DNA of 64,000 bases from a virus. The stretch spans positions 18,186 to 82,185 of IMG/VR virus record IMGVR_UViG_3300025450_000020; one strand, 5' to 3'. A program made the position numbers and the translations under genes. The notes beneath the pieces were generated by a model. The model had not been told where the DNA came from. It saw nothing but the letters and a program-made list of their open reading frames with translations, and did not search any database. Below, in pieces: positions 1 to 10,246 of this stretch; within the stretch, counting starts at the first letter, position 1, and every line of letters begins with the position of its first letter.

Positions 1-1
1 A

Positions 2-1084
2 AAAAGTTATTCTTCTGACTCGGTAAGCGAAAATAATGCAACTCTTTCGTATGCCCAAATGCAAGCAACCTTATGGAGCTATACAGGCAATCCAGCCATT
101 ACAAGTATTTTAATTACTTTATCAAGCGGTAACTTTGCCCAATACTCCACCTTCTCTCTCTACGCCCTAGCCGCAGTAGGCACTACTCCTACTAAAGCTC
201 CGAAGGCATCAGGTGGAGATATTGTTCAATATGACGGTACATATTGGTATCATGCATTTATTAATTCGGGAAGTTTTATTCCACAGATCCCGCTTTCTTG
301 TGATGTGCTAGTCGTTGCTGGTGGTGGTTCGGGTGGCGCTGGAACTGGTGGCGGTGGTGGAGCTGGTGGTTTGCGTTTATTAGCTAGCCAAGGTTTTGCA
401 CCAAATACTGCTTACACTTGCACGACTGGCGCTGGCGCTGCTTCTGTTACTGGAAGCGCACACGGTAATAATGGAACTAACTCCAGCCTTATTGGAGGTT
501 CTATTTCTATCAGCGCAACTGGTGGTGGCGGTGGAGCTGCCGAAAATACGAACAACGCTCAAACAGGTGGTTCTGGTGGTGGCGGAAGCTACAACGGTTA
601 CAACGGAGCTGCTGGTAACGCTGGTTCATATTCGCCAGTTGAAGGTTATGCAGGTGGTGTTGCTTCCGCAACCTACAACGGCTCTGGTGGTGGTGGAGCT
701 GGTGGAACTGGTTTTGCATCAACAACATCAGGCTCTACTGGAGTTGGTGGTGTGGGCGGTGTAGGTGCTGGCGGAACTTCATACACTAATTACGCAATTC
801 TTGATGCTATGGGCGCGGCTACTACAACTGGCGTACTTTCGTCATCTCACTATTACTATGCAGGTGGCGGCGGTGGTGGTGGACAGTATTCAACTTCGCC
901 ATATACAGGACAAGGTGGAGCTGGCGGAACTGGTGGTGGCGGAACTGGCGGTGCTTACAATCCAGCAACCGCAGGAACCTCAGCACTTGCCAATACAGGC
1001 GGTGGCGGTGGCGGAGGCGGAACAAACTCAAACACCTCTGGAGCTGGCGGTTCAGGTGTAGTTATAGTACGCTATCTAGCTTAA
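2..1084 (+). CDS. Glycine-rich virion adhesin/fibre protein (C-type N-domain plus Gly-rich domain), 5'-truncated by window
   Basis: Frame is open from nt 2 (KSYSSDSVSENNAT, matching KAYSADSVTENGAT in paralogue 6799-8181). Gly-rich domain runs LVVAGGGSGG...GGSGVVIVRY. Confidence 0.75.
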   Translation, partial: KSYSSDSVSENNATLSYAQMQATLWSYTGNPAITSILITLSSGNFAQYSTFSLYALAAVGTTPTKAPKASGGDIVQYDGTYWYHAFINSGSFIPQIPLSCDVLVVAGGGSGGAGTGGGGGAGGLRLLASQGFAPNTAYTCTTGAGAASVTGSAHGNNGTNSSLIGGSISISATGGGGGAAENTNNAQTGGSGGGGSYNGYNGAAGNAGSYSPVEGYAGGVASATYNGSGGGGAGGTGFASTTSGSTGVGGVGGVGAGGTSYTNYAILDAMGAATTTGVLSSSHYYYAGGGGGGGQYSTSPYTGQGGAGGTGGGGTGGAYNPATAGTSALANTGGGGGGGGTNSNTSGAGGSGVVIVRYLA

Positions 1085-1111
1085 ATTAAAATATGATTAT
1101 ATTAATTAACT

Positions 1112-1120
1112 TGATATAAT
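1112..1120 (+). promoter_or_regulatory. Extended -10 promoter (TGATATAAT)
   Basis: TGnTATAAT in an AT-rich intergenic gap, followed by SD GGGAG and ATG 1136. Confidence 0.6.
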
Positions 1121-1135
1121 TAGCAGGGAGATAAA

Positions 1136-2149
1136 ATGACAAAATCTAGAGATTTATCTAATTCGGGACGTAGCATTGGAACAACATCCAATCGTCCCGC
1201 TTCTCCCTTTGTTGGACAAGAGTATTATGATACAACTTTAGGTCAATTATTAAATTATACAGTTCAAGGAACTTGGGTTGCAGTTGGAACAGCTGCACCA
1301 AATGCAGTATCTGTAAACTATCTTGTAGTAGCAGGTGGCGGCGGTGGTGGTTACAACCGTGGTGGCGGAGGTGGAGCTGGTGGATTACGTTCAACCGTTA
1401 CTGCAACTGGAGGCGGAGGCTCTTTAGAATCAGCACTTCCTTTAACTATTGGCACTTCATACACAGTAACTGTAGGCGCAGGAGGTGCTGGAGCAATTCA
1501 AGTTTCTCCATATACACCAGCGCAAAATGGTTCTAACTCTGTATTAGCAACAGTTACTTCCACTGGAGGCGGCGCTGCTGGTGCTGGCACTACTGCTGGT
1601 TCTAACGGAGGCTCTGGAGGTGGCGGCGGTGGTAATGGTGCCCCAGGTGCTTCAACAGCATACGTTTCTGCTGGAACAGGAACAAACAATCAAGGTTATG
1701 CTGGAGGACAAGGCGCAAACTCTGGTGGCGGTGGCGGTGGTGCAGGTCAAGCAGGATATTCGGTATCTAGTCAAACAACAACAGTGGGCGCTAATGGAGG
1801 TAGCGGTGTAGCAGTTTCAATTACTGGTTCATCTGTAACCTATGCGGGCGGCGGAGCGGGCGGCGGAGAATCTGGCTCACCAACAGGTGGTTCAGGCGGC
1901 GGCGGAAATGGCGGAAACAATAACGGTACTAATTCTTATGGATCTGCTGGAACTGCTAATTTGGGTGGCGGTGGCGGCGGTGGTTCTGATGGTCAATCAA
2001 CAAACTATTATGGTGGAAATGGCGGCTCTGGAGTTGTTATTATTTCTGCACCTCAAGCTGCTGCATCTACAACAGGTTCACCAACTGTAACAACATCAGG
2101 TTCTAATACGATTTACAAATTCACTGGTTCAGGGAGTATAACCTTCTAA
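1136..2149 (+). CDS. Glycine-rich virion protein
   Basis: N-terminal RPASPFVGQEYYDTT motif, then Gly-rich domain (YLVVAGGGGGG...GGSGVVII). Confidence 0.75.
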   Translation: MTKSRDLSNSGRSIGTTSNRPASPFVGQEYYDTTLGQLLNYTVQGTWVAVGTAAPNAVSVNYLVVAGGGGGGYNRGGGGGAGGLRSTVTATGGGGSLESALPLTIGTSYTVTVGAGGAGAIQVSPYTPAQNGSNSVLATVTSTGGGAAGAGTTAGSNGGSGGGGGGNGAPGASTAYVSAGTGTNNQGYAGGQGANSGGGGGGAGQAGYSVSSQTTTVGANGGSGVAVSITGSSVTYAGGGAGGGESGSPTGGSGGGGNGGNNNGTNSYGSAGTANLGGGGGGGSDGQSTNYYGGNGGSGVVIISAPQAAASTTGSPTVTTSGSNTIYKFTGSGSITF

Positions 2150-3189
2150 TGTCTAACGCTAGAAATATTGCTAATAATGGGGGAGTTGGATCAACATCTA
2201 ACCGTCCCGCCAATCCATATGTAGGACAAGAATATTACGATACCACAGTTAATGCAATTGTGGTTTGGAATGGAACTACTTGGGGCGGATTATTTCCAGC
2301 TTTTTATCCAGTCGTTACTGGCGGCACTATTTTTTCAGATGCAACTTATTATTACCGTGCTTTTACTTCTACTGGTACTTTATCTGTTTCTAACGTAGCT
2401 TTAGCTGCCGATGTTTTAGTAATTGCTGGTGGCGCAAGCGGTGGTTATAACATAAATCAAGCCAATGGTGGTGGCGGAGCTGGTGGTCTTAGATTATTAG
2501 CTTCTCAATCATTGCCTGTTAACACTTATACTTGTTCAGTTGGTGCGGGTGGCGCTTCGGTTTCATCAAGTCCATCTATGGGTAATAACGGAACTAACTC
2601 ATACATTAGTGCAAGCGGTTTCTCTACTATTACCGCTTCAGGTGGTGGCGCAGGTGGTTACGGAACTACCAACAACGGTTTATCTGGTGGTTCAGGCGGT
2701 GGTGCTGGTTCTGGTGGACACAGTGGCGGAGCAGGAAACACTGGTGGTTATACCCCCGTTGAAGGATATGCGGGCGGTACATCTTCAGCAGTTCAAGCTG
2801 GTGGTGGTGGTGGTGGCGCAGGCGGAGTTGGCGGCAACGGTGGTTCAGGCGGCGGTGCATACGGCGGCAACGGTGGCGTAGGTGCTGGAGGAACTGGATA
2901 CACAAATTACGCAATTCTTGACACTATAGGTGCTGCAACATCAACAGGCGTTCTTTCATCTTCGCATTATTATTATGCAGGTGGTGGCGGAGCTTCTGCT
3001 GATAGCGGTTCAACTGGTGGACTTGGCGGTGGCGGCAATGGCCCTAGCGGTTCTGTTACATCAGCAAACGCAGGTTTAACTAATACAGGCGGCGGCGGTT
3101 CTGGTGCTTTTGGTAATTCAACACCATCGGGTGCTGGCGGTTCTGGTTTAATTGTTGTTCGTTACACTAGAACTCAGGTAGGTGGATAA
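2149..3189 (+). CDS. Glycine-rich virion protein
   Basis: Same N-terminal RPANPYVGQEYYDTT motif as the previous gene, Gly-rich domain, TAATG coupling. Confidence 0.75.
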   Translation: MSNARNIANNGGVGSTSNRPANPYVGQEYYDTTVNAIVVWNGTTWGGLFPAFYPVVTGGTIFSDATYYYRAFTSTGTLSVSNVALAADVLVIAGGASGGYNINQANGGGGAGGLRLLASQSLPVNTYTCSVGAGGASVSSSPSMGNNGTNSYISASGFSTITASGGGAGGYGTTNNGLSGGSGGGAGSGGHSGGAGNTGGYTPVEGYAGGTSSAVQAGGGGGGAGGVGGNGGSGGGAYGGNGGVGAGGTGYTNYAILDTIGAATSTGVLSSSHYYYAGGGGASADSGSTGGLGGGGNGPSGSVTSANAGLTNTGGGGSGAFGNSTPSGAGGSGLIVVRYTRTQVGG

Positions 3190-3617
3190 TGGCTATTAAT
3201 TTTCCTTCATCTCCAACAGTAAACCAACAATATACGTATAATGGTTTAACTTGGTATTGGACTGGACAAGTTTGGAAATCTCTAGGAACTGTTCAGGGCG
3301 TACAAGGCACACAGGGTGTGCAAGGTTTTGGATATGCCCAACTTCAAGGTGTTCAAGGACTTCAGGGTTCTGCAGGATATGTTGGAACAAATGGAGCACA
3401 GGGTACACAAGGTATATCAGGATTAACTGGTAATTATCAATCAATTCAGGGATCGGGAATTTCTGTTACAGCCCGCCCAGTTATAAACTTTTTAAATGCA
3501 ACAGTAACTGATGATTCTGCCAATAACCGAACAAATGTTACAATTGCAACAGCGATAGATGGCGGAAGTTCCAATAGTACATATGGAGGAGCCATAAGCG
3601 GAGGTAATGCAATATAA
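3189..3617 (+). CDS. Collagen-like fibre protein
   Basis: MAINFPSSP...TWYWTG N-terminus and G-X-Q triplets (QGVQGTQGVQG). Confidence 0.65.
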   Translation: MAINFPSSPTVNQQYTYNGLTWYWTGQVWKSLGTVQGVQGTQGVQGFGYAQLQGVQGLQGSAGYVGTNGAQGTQGISGLTGNYQSIQGSGISVTARPVINFLNATVTDDSANNRTNVTIATAIDGGSSNSTYGGAISGGNAI

Positions 3618-4441
3618 TGGCAGTCTTACAGATTCAACTACGTCGTGACACAGCATCTAACTGGACCACTAACAACCCAACCCTTGCTCAGGGCGAGTTT
3701 GGATATGAGACTGATACTGGTTTGCTAAAACTTGGAAATGGCGGTACTGCCTGGAACTCCCTAGCATATTTTGGCGGTAGTTCAGGATATTCATCTACAG
3801 CTACAGCAGCAGGTACAACAACACTTACTGTTAATAGCAATTCAAATCAATTTTTTACAGGTTCTACAACCCAAACAGTTGTTTTGCCAGCTGTAAGTAC
3901 TTTGCCTTTAGGTAAGCAATATACAATTTATAATGCAAGTACAGGTGTTGTAACTGTTCAATCATCAGGTGCAAATACTATTTTTGCACAACCAGCAGGA
4001 ACTGCATTTACATATACAAGCATAGCAACATCTGGAACTGGAACATCTTCATGGTCAGCATATTATGACGGTAACTTTTCAGGAGTAACGGGAACGGGAG
4101 CAGAAGTTCTTGCTACAAACCCAGTACTTACTGGAACAACACTTACTGGTGCATATTCTGGAGCATATACCGATGGTGTAGTTGTAGATTATGTCACGGG
4201 TAATGGACGCATATCTGTAGGTACTGGCGATGGAGTAACTTTTTATAATAATACAGACAGCTCTCGTTCACAAATTTTTGGAATTAGCTCTACTGGAGGA
4301 TTAACAATTCTTGGTAGCGTAACGGCAAATAGCTCAACTGGAACTAGTGGACAAGTTCTTACATCAACTGGAACTGGTGTTCAATGGGCAGCAGTTGCAG
4401 CAGACCCTACACCTACAGTATTTATGTTAATGGGTGCATAA
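3617..4441 (+). CDS. Fibre protein with major tropism determinant N-terminal (Mtd_N-like) domain
   Basis: IQLRRDTASNWTTNNPTLAQGEFGYETDTGLLKLGNG is the recognisable Mtd_N/hyaluronidase N-terminal motif. Confidence 0.75.
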   Translation: MAVLQIQLRRDTASNWTTNNPTLAQGEFGYETDTGLLKLGNGGTAWNSLAYFGGSSGYSSTATAAGTTTLTVNSNSNQFFTGSTTQTVVLPAVSTLPLGKQYTIYNASTGVVTVQSSGANTIFAQPAGTAFTYTSIATSGTGTSSWSAYYDGNFSGVTGTGAEVLATNPVLTGTTLTGAYSGAYTDGVVVDYVTGNGRISVGTGDGVTFYNNTDSSRSQIFGISSTGGLTILGSVTANSSTGTSGQVLTSTGTGVQWAAVAADPTPTVFMLMGA

Positions 4442-4472
4442 TGAATTTAAATTTTAGAAAAGGAGATAAATA

Positions 4473-4838
4473 ATGGCAACAGCATACAAGGTATTAGGCA
4501 TGACAGGTGCGGCTGGAGCAACAGGAAATGGTGCCCAGCAATTAGCAGCAGCAAATACAAACTATAATCTTTATACAGTACCTTCAGCAACATCTACTGT
4601 AGTTTCAACTATAACTGTTTGTAATCAAGCTTCAACTGCAGCTACATTTAATATATTGGTAAGACCTGCAGGTGCAACTGCAGATACCCGCCACTATATT
4701 GCATATGGTACACCAATTGCGGGGAATGACACAATAGCCCTCACATTAGGTATTACCCTAGCTACAACAGATGTAATTACAATCAATTCATCAACAACTA
4801 CTCTTTCATTTGCAGCATTTGGATCAGAGCTATCATAA
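4473..4838 (+). CDS. Small beta-rich virion/adaptor protein
   Basis: SD AAGGAG; LYTVPSATSTVVSTITVCN...SFAAFGSE pattern typical of phage fibre-associated proteins. Confidence 0.55.
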   Translation: MATAYKVLGMTGAAGATGNGAQQLAAANTNYNLYTVPSATSTVVSTITVCNQASTAATFNILVRPAGATADTRHYIAYGTPIAGNDTIALTLGITLATTDVITINSSTTTLSFAAFGSELS

Positions 4839-4849
4839 AGGAGTAATTA

Positions 4850-5413
4850 ATGTCAGTTAGTAGATTCTCCAGACAGAGTGTTCAAGCGGGTTTTCCAAAA
4901 CAGCAAAATGTTTGGGATGGGTTAACACAGCCGTCTGCTATGGATGCTTTAAGCGCTATTACCCTTGGTTCGTCTCAAAACAGCATCAACTTTAACAACA
5001 TACCGCAAACATACACCCATTTACAGTTGCGTGGAATTGTTCAAATCTCAAGCGGAGCAGCACAAATAACCTCTAACTTTAACAACGATTTTTCTTCCAG
5101 CTACTTTTGGCACGAGTTAGTGGGCGACGGTGGCAGTACTTCAGCAGGATATTCAGCAGACACATCTATGAGAACAGTCTATTGCAACTCATCAAGTAAC
5201 GTATACTCTGTTTTCATCATTGACATACTAGACTATTCAAATGTAAACAAAAATACAACACTAAGAACATTAACTGGGATAGATACAAACGGCGGTGGTC
5301 AAGTAAAGCTCTTGAGTGGTTTGTGGAATAACACTGCTGCTGTCACTTCCTTTACTATGGCAGGAGCCACGTTTATACAGTATTCTTCCTTTTCTTTGTA
5401 TGGGATTAAATAA
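4850..5413 (+). CDS. Fibre cassette subunit A (no Gly-rich domain), copy 1
   Basis: INFNNIPQTYTHLQLR...IIDILDYSN.NK..T.R...FSLYGIK; paralogue of 8223-8864. Confidence 0.65.
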   Translation: MSVSRFSRQSVQAGFPKQQNVWDGLTQPSAMDALSAITLGSSQNSINFNNIPQTYTHLQLRGIVQISSGAAQITSNFNNDFSSSYFWHELVGDGGSTSAGYSADTSMRTVYCNSSSNVYSVFIIDILDYSNVNKNTTLRTLTGIDTNGGGQVKLLSGLWNNTAAVTSFTMAGATFIQYSSFSLYGIK

Positions 5414-6799
5414 ATGGCTAATTATGTACCTTTACAGTCAGTATCATTAGCCAGTTCTGCAGCAAGTGTTACGTTTAACAACATTGACCAAACATACACG
5501 GATTTAATTTTGACTATCAACGCTTCCGTAGTTACTGGCAATGGTTACACGATTCGTTTTCAAGTAGGTAATGGAAGCATTGATAGTGGTGCAAACTACT
5601 CTTGGACACAACTTATTGGTGATGGCTCTTCAATATCTTCAGGACGTAACAGCTCCTCCAATCCGCAAAACCAGTACATGTATGGTGGCAGAGCTGATAA
5701 CCTTCCTAACTTTGGAACCACAACTGCACACTTTATGAGCTATACCAACCCGAACATCTACAAATCTGCTCTCATTAGAGGTGGAGTGGGAACCGTAAGA
5801 GGCGGAGTTACAGTGAATTTATGGCGTTCAACTTCTGCCATTAATACCATAACGGTGTCTAACGAAGCAGCAGTCAACTTTGCTGCAGGTTCTACTTTTT
5901 CTCTGTACGGTGTCAGTCCAGTGAACGCTAAAATCGCTCAAGCATCTGGCGGTACTAGCATCTATTACGACTCCTCGTATGTTTACCACGTGTTTGCTGG
6001 TACTGGAGTATTTGTTCCAAATAAAAACCTTACTGCTGACATTTTAGTTGTCGCTGGTGGTGGCGGAGGAGCTGGTGGTGGCGGTGGCGCAGGCGGATTA
6101 GTTGGTTCTGGTTCATACTCTCTTACTTCGGGAACAAGCTATTCTTGCATTGTAGGTGCAGGAGGCTCCTTGGGTGGTAACGGAAACAACATCGGTTCAA
6201 GCGGAACTAACTCTCAATTTGGGTCCATAACTGCCGCTGTTGGCGGCGGAGCTGGTGGAGTTAACGGGTCAACTGCCGTTGCTGGAGGCTCAGGTGGTGG
6301 AGCTGGACTAAACGGAGACTACAGCGGTCACCCAGGAGGAACTGGTACTGCTAATCAAGGTTACGCTGGTGGAACCGACTTGAACACTACCTACGTACCT
6401 GGTGGTGGTGGCGGTGGTGCTGGCGGATTAGGCGGTAACGCTATAAGTGGTGTTGGCGGAGGACTTGGCGGTGTTGGAGCTACGTACAACACTCTTATTG
6501 GGGGTACAGCAGGTCCTTACTCGTTTATTGACCCCATGGGTGCTGCAACTGGTTACGGACAACCTTCTTCTTCTCACTACTATTTTGCAGGTGGTGGAGG
6601 AGGTGGAAGCAATGGAGGAGCTTCCGCAGCAGGTGGGCTAGGAGGCGGAGGAACTGGCTACGGAGCTAGCAACGTCAACGGACTTCCTGGAACCACCAAC
6701 AGTGGAGGTGGAGGTGGAGGAGCTAATAACAATGGTTCAGGCCAAGGTTGGGGAGGCTCTGGAGGCTCTGGAGTTATTATTGTGAGGTATGCACGCTAA
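5414..6799 (+). CDS. Fibre cassette subunit B plus Gly-rich domain, copy 1
   Basis: SVTFNNIDQTYTDLIL...FSLYG N-domain followed by Gly-rich domain. Confidence 0.7.
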   Translation: MANYVPLQSVSLASSAASVTFNNIDQTYTDLILTINASVVTGNGYTIRFQVGNGSIDSGANYSWTQLIGDGSSISSGRNSSSNPQNQYMYGGRADNLPNFGTTTAHFMSYTNPNIYKSALIRGGVGTVRGGVTVNLWRSTSAINTITVSNEAAVNFAAGSTFSLYGVSPVNAKIAQASGGTSIYYDSSYVYHVFAGTGVFVPNKNLTADILVVAGGGGGAGGGGGAGGLVGSGSYSLTSGTSYSCIVGAGGSLGGNGNNIGSSGTNSQFGSITAAVGGGAGGVNGSTAVAGGSGGGAGLNGDYSGHPGGTGTANQGYAGGTDLNTTYVPGGGGGGAGGLGGNAISGVGGGLGGVGATYNTLIGGTAGPYSFIDPMGAATGYGQPSSSHYYFAGGGGGGSNGGASAAGGLGGGGTGYGASNVNGLPGTTNSGGGGGGANNNGSGQGWGGSGGSGVIIVRYAR

Positions 6800-8181
6800 T
6801 GAACGAGACACTAACTAAGCTACAGACTATTACCGTTGGTTCTGGTGGTGCTTCATCCGTTACTTTTTCAAACATACCTCAAAACTACACAGATTTAGTC
6901 ATTAAGTATTCTGCTCGTTCAAACGGAACATCCAACTACTGTGATGGCTTTTTGCTAAGTTTAAATGGGATAAGCACTGGACAAACTGGGAATGCTCTTT
7001 ACCAATGGTGGGGCTCACATACTGCAAGTGACCCTTCATTTGAAGCGTATCTCGCTAACGCAAATACTACTGCGGGTACTTTTGGAAATGGAGAAATTTA
7101 TTTTTCAAACTACTCAGGTAGTAATTACAAAGCTTATTCTGCAGATTCAGTCACAGAAAATGGTGCAACATACAGCTTTAATGTACTATCAAGTGGGATT
7201 TGGGCAAACACCTCTCCAATTACCTCTATAACCTTAACTGTTTCCAATTCATTCCAACTTGTTCAGTATTCCACGCTTACTCTATACGGCGTAAAAAATA
7301 TGGCAACAGTACTTGGAAACTCTATTAAAGCTACTGGTGGAACTATTACAACAGATGGTACTTATGTTTACCACACGTTTTTATCTACTGCCACATTTCA
7401 ACCTACTACAAAACTTGTAGCAGACGCTCTAGTTATTGGTGGTGGCGGAGGAGTAGAAAACAGCGCACGTTTTGGTGGCGGAGGTGGTGCTGGTGGCCTT
7501 GTTTATCTGCCTTTTAGTACTTTTACTTCAGGAACATCTTATGTTTGCACTATAGGTGCTGGAGGAGCAACTAGTTCTACAATCTCTGCTACAAACGGAA
7601 CATACTCTCAAATCGGCTCCTTGTTACAGGCTGCAGGAGGAGGCGGAGGCTCCACTGTAGGTGTTGGTCAAAATGGAGGTTCTGGTGGCGGTGGTGCTCA
7701 GGGGTCTGCTGGAGGCTCCGCTTCCCCAGCAGGACAAGGAAATGCTGGTGGAGCTGGTTGGTCAAGCACAAACAGAACTGGTGGAGCAGGCGGTGGCGCA
7801 GGCGCAGTAGGTGGAGCAGCAACTGCTAGTTATGGTGGCGCTGGTGGAAATGGCTCCTCTGCATATAGCACATGGGGTTACGCAACTAACACGGGACAAA
7901 ACGTAAATGGTGTCTATTACTATGCTGGTGGCGGAGGTGGCTCTGCTTACGAGTACAGCGATTCTCCTGGAGCTGTTATAGACGCAGGCGGCGGCGGATA
8001 CGGTGGCGGCGGAAAAGGCGCCTATTACAGAACGGATTCTGGAGGAAACCCCACATCTAATGCTATTGCAGGAACTGCGAACACTGGAGGTGGTGGCGGA
8101 GGAAATGCTTGGGGAGGCGCAAACGGTGCCGCTGGATCTGCTGGTGGTTCTGGACTTATCATTGTTCGTTATAAGGCTTAA
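6799..8181 (+). CDS. Fibre cassette subunit C plus Gly-rich domain, copy 1
   Basis: Start moved from 6748 to ATG 6799 (TAATG overlap). SVTFSNIPQNYTDLVIKYSAR...FGNGEIY...SVTEN, then Gly-rich domain. Confidence 0.7.
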   Translation: MNETLTKLQTITVGSGGASSVTFSNIPQNYTDLVIKYSARSNGTSNYCDGFLLSLNGISTGQTGNALYQWWGSHTASDPSFEAYLANANTTAGTFGNGEIYFSNYSGSNYKAYSADSVTENGATYSFNVLSSGIWANTSPITSITLTVSNSFQLVQYSTLTLYGVKNMATVLGNSIKATGGTITTDGTYVYHTFLSTATFQPTTKLVADALVIGGGGGVENSARFGGGGGAGGLVYLPFSTFTSGTSYVCTIGAGGATSSTISATNGTYSQIGSLLQAAGGGGGSTVGVGQNGGSGGGGAQGSAGGSASPAGQGNAGGAGWSSTNRTGGAGGGAGAVGGAATASYGGAGGNGSSAYSTWGYATNTGQNVNGVYYYAGGGGGSAYEYSDSPGAVIDAGGGGYGGGGKGAYYRTDSGGNPTSNAIAGTANTGGGGGGNAWGGANGAAGSAGGSGLIIVRYKA

Positions 8182-8222
8182 TATAATTAAAATGGTAAAA
8201 TTAAAGGGCGGGAGGTAGAAAA

Positions 8223-8864
8223 ATGTCATTTAAACATCTAAATGGTGCAGGTATATATGGATCTAAGTCTTTAAAGCTATGGGATCAAACTACCGTACAG
8301 AACGATTTTCAGTCTATTGCTACTGTTGTAGTTCCTGCTGCTGGTCAAGCAAACATTACGTTTAGCAATATTCCGCAAAACTTTACACACTTGCATCTAC
8401 GCATCAGTGCACGAAGTGATAACGCATCTGGTACAGATGCTTGTTCTATTTATATGCAGCTAGGTAACGCTGGAACTATTGACTCTTCAGGGAGTCACTA
8501 CTCTCAACATCAATACACTGCATATACGGGCGCAGGAAATGGCTGGCAAGCGGGTGGCTCTGGAAGCTTAAACGCTTCATATATTGGACTTGCAACTTCT
8601 GCTGGGCAAGGGGCAAACATTTTTGGAGCCAATATAATTGATATTTTAGACTACTCAAACACTAGCAAATTTAAAACTATGCGCTCTCAATTTGGAGTAG
8701 AAACAAATAGCTCTAGTTATTGGAATTACACAGGCGTAGATACAGGCTCTTGGCAAAGCAATAATGCAATTACCGACATCAAGCTTTATCTTAATGACGG
8801 CTCTGCAAGAAACTTTACTCAGTATTCCCAAGTAGCTTTGTACGGAATAAAGGTATCTTCATAA
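8223..8864 (+). CDS. Fibre cassette subunit A, copy 2
   Basis: ITFSNIPQNFTHLHLR...IIDILDYSNTSKFKT.R...ALYGIK; SD GGAGG. Confidence 0.65.
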   Translation: MSFKHLNGAGIYGSKSLKLWDQTTVQNDFQSIATVVVPAAGQANITFSNIPQNFTHLHLRISARSDNASGTDACSIYMQLGNAGTIDSSGSHYSQHQYTAYTGAGNGWQAGGSGSLNASYIGLATSAGQGANIFGANIIDILDYSNTSKFKTMRSQFGVETNSSSYWNYTGVDTGSWQSNNAITDIKLYLNDGSARNFTQYSQVALYGIKVSS

Positions 8865-10246
8865 TGGCTGGTCAAAGCGCATCCACATATAATTTTATTG
8901 CTAACCAAACTTTGGCTTCAGCAACTGCCTCAGTAACATTTAGCAATATTCCGCAGAACTTTACTGACCTAGTGCTTGTAGCAGCACACAATGAAAACGC
9001 TAGTGGCGCTGGTGGATATATGCAATTTAACGGCGATACGGCAACTAACTACAGCTCTAACTATGGGTATGGCAGTGGAAGCGGTACTGGACAAGGACGA
9101 GGTAATAGCCAAACTTTTTTCAGCTTTTCTTACGATACTAATACAACTTATCTAGCGCCTCAAATTTTGCACATAATGAATTACTCAAGCAGCAATATGT
9201 ACAAAACAATTATAGAAACTCAAATGAGTAGTGCGTCTACTCAGACAAGTCCCCAAACAGCGTTATGGAGAGGCTTGAACCCAATAACTAGCATATACAT
9301 GTATGCTGGTACAGGTAGCTTTATTGCTGGTTCTTCTTTTACTCTTTATGGAATTAAAGCCGCAGATGTAGCGTCCATTATTCCTACAAAAGCTATTGGT
9401 GGAGACCTTATTACCTCTGATGGTACTTATACTTATCATGCTTTTAAATCAACAGGTAATTTTATTCCCGCACAAGCACTTACTTGCGATATTTTGATGA
9501 TTGCTGGTGGTGGCGGTGGCGGACCAACTTATGTTGGTGGCGGCGGCGGTGCTGGTGGATTGCGCCTTTTAACTTCTCAAAGTTTTTCTACTAGCCAAAC
9601 AGTTACTATCGGTGCTGGGGGTACTGGCGGAAGTGGTTATGGCAACCAAGGAACAAATGGTGGAACTTCATCACTAGGTTCTATTTCTGCATCTGGTGGT
9701 GGCGCAGGTTCTACAAATGATGGAACTAATCCTAAAGCGGCGGCATCTGGAGGTTCTGGCGGTGGAGCAAACTACACAACTTTAACTGCTGGTTCAGGTA
9801 ACGCTGGCTCATATTCTCCAGTTGAAGGTTACGCTGGAGGTACTGCTTTTAACGGTGGCGCTTATGGCTCAGGTGGCGGTGGCGGCGCGGGTGGAGCAGG
9901 TAATGCTGGAACAACATCTATCGGCGGTGCTGGTGGTGTAGGTGCTGGCGGAACTGGTTATACAAATTATGCAATTTTGAATGCAATGGGTACAGCAACA
10001 TCTACTGGAGTTTTATCATCTGGTAATTATTATTATGCAGGCGGTGGTGGCGGTTCTTCTTATGGCGCTGGCGGTGGTTCAACTTCATCTGGTGGTTTAG
10101 GTGGAGGTGGAACTGGCTCAACAGGTCAAGGAGGAAATGCCACATCTAATACTGGTGGCGGTGGCGGTGGTTCAGAGCGAGCAAGTGGCGCTTTGGCGGG
10201 CGGCAATGGCGGTTCAGGAATTGTTATTGTGAGGTATTTATCCTAA
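8864..10246 (+). CDS. Fibre cassette subunit B plus Gly-rich domain, copy 2
   Basis: SVTFSNIPQNFTDLVL...HIMNYS...YKT...FTLYGI, then Gly-rich domain; TAATG coupling. Confidence 0.7.
   Translation: MAGQSASTYNFIANQTLASATASVTFSNIPQNFTDLVLVAAHNENASGAGGYMQFNGDTATNYSSNYGYGSGSGTGQGRGNSQTFFSFSYDTNTTYLAPQILHIMNYSSSNMYKTIIETQMSSASTQTSPQTALWRGLNPITSIYMYAGTGSFIAGSSFTLYGIKAADVASIIPTKAIGGDLITSDGTYTYHAFKSTGNFIPAQALTCDILMIAGGGGGGPTYVGGGGGAGGLRLLTSQSFSTSQTVTIGAGGTGGSGYGNQGTNGGTSSLGSISASGGGAGSTNDGTNPKAAASGGSGGGANYTTLTAGSGNAGSYSPVEGYAGGTAFNGGAYGSGGGGGAGGAGNAGTTSIGGAGGVGAGGTGYTNYAILNAMGTATSTGVLSSGNYYYAGGGGGSSYGAGGGSTSSGGLGGGGTGSTGQGGNATSNTGGGGGGSERASGALAGGNGGSGIVIVRYLS

Noticed and set aside
6748-6798. Longer start for the C subunit gene
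   Set aside because: ATG 6799 overlaps the upstream stop (TAATG) and aligns with the paralogue starts.
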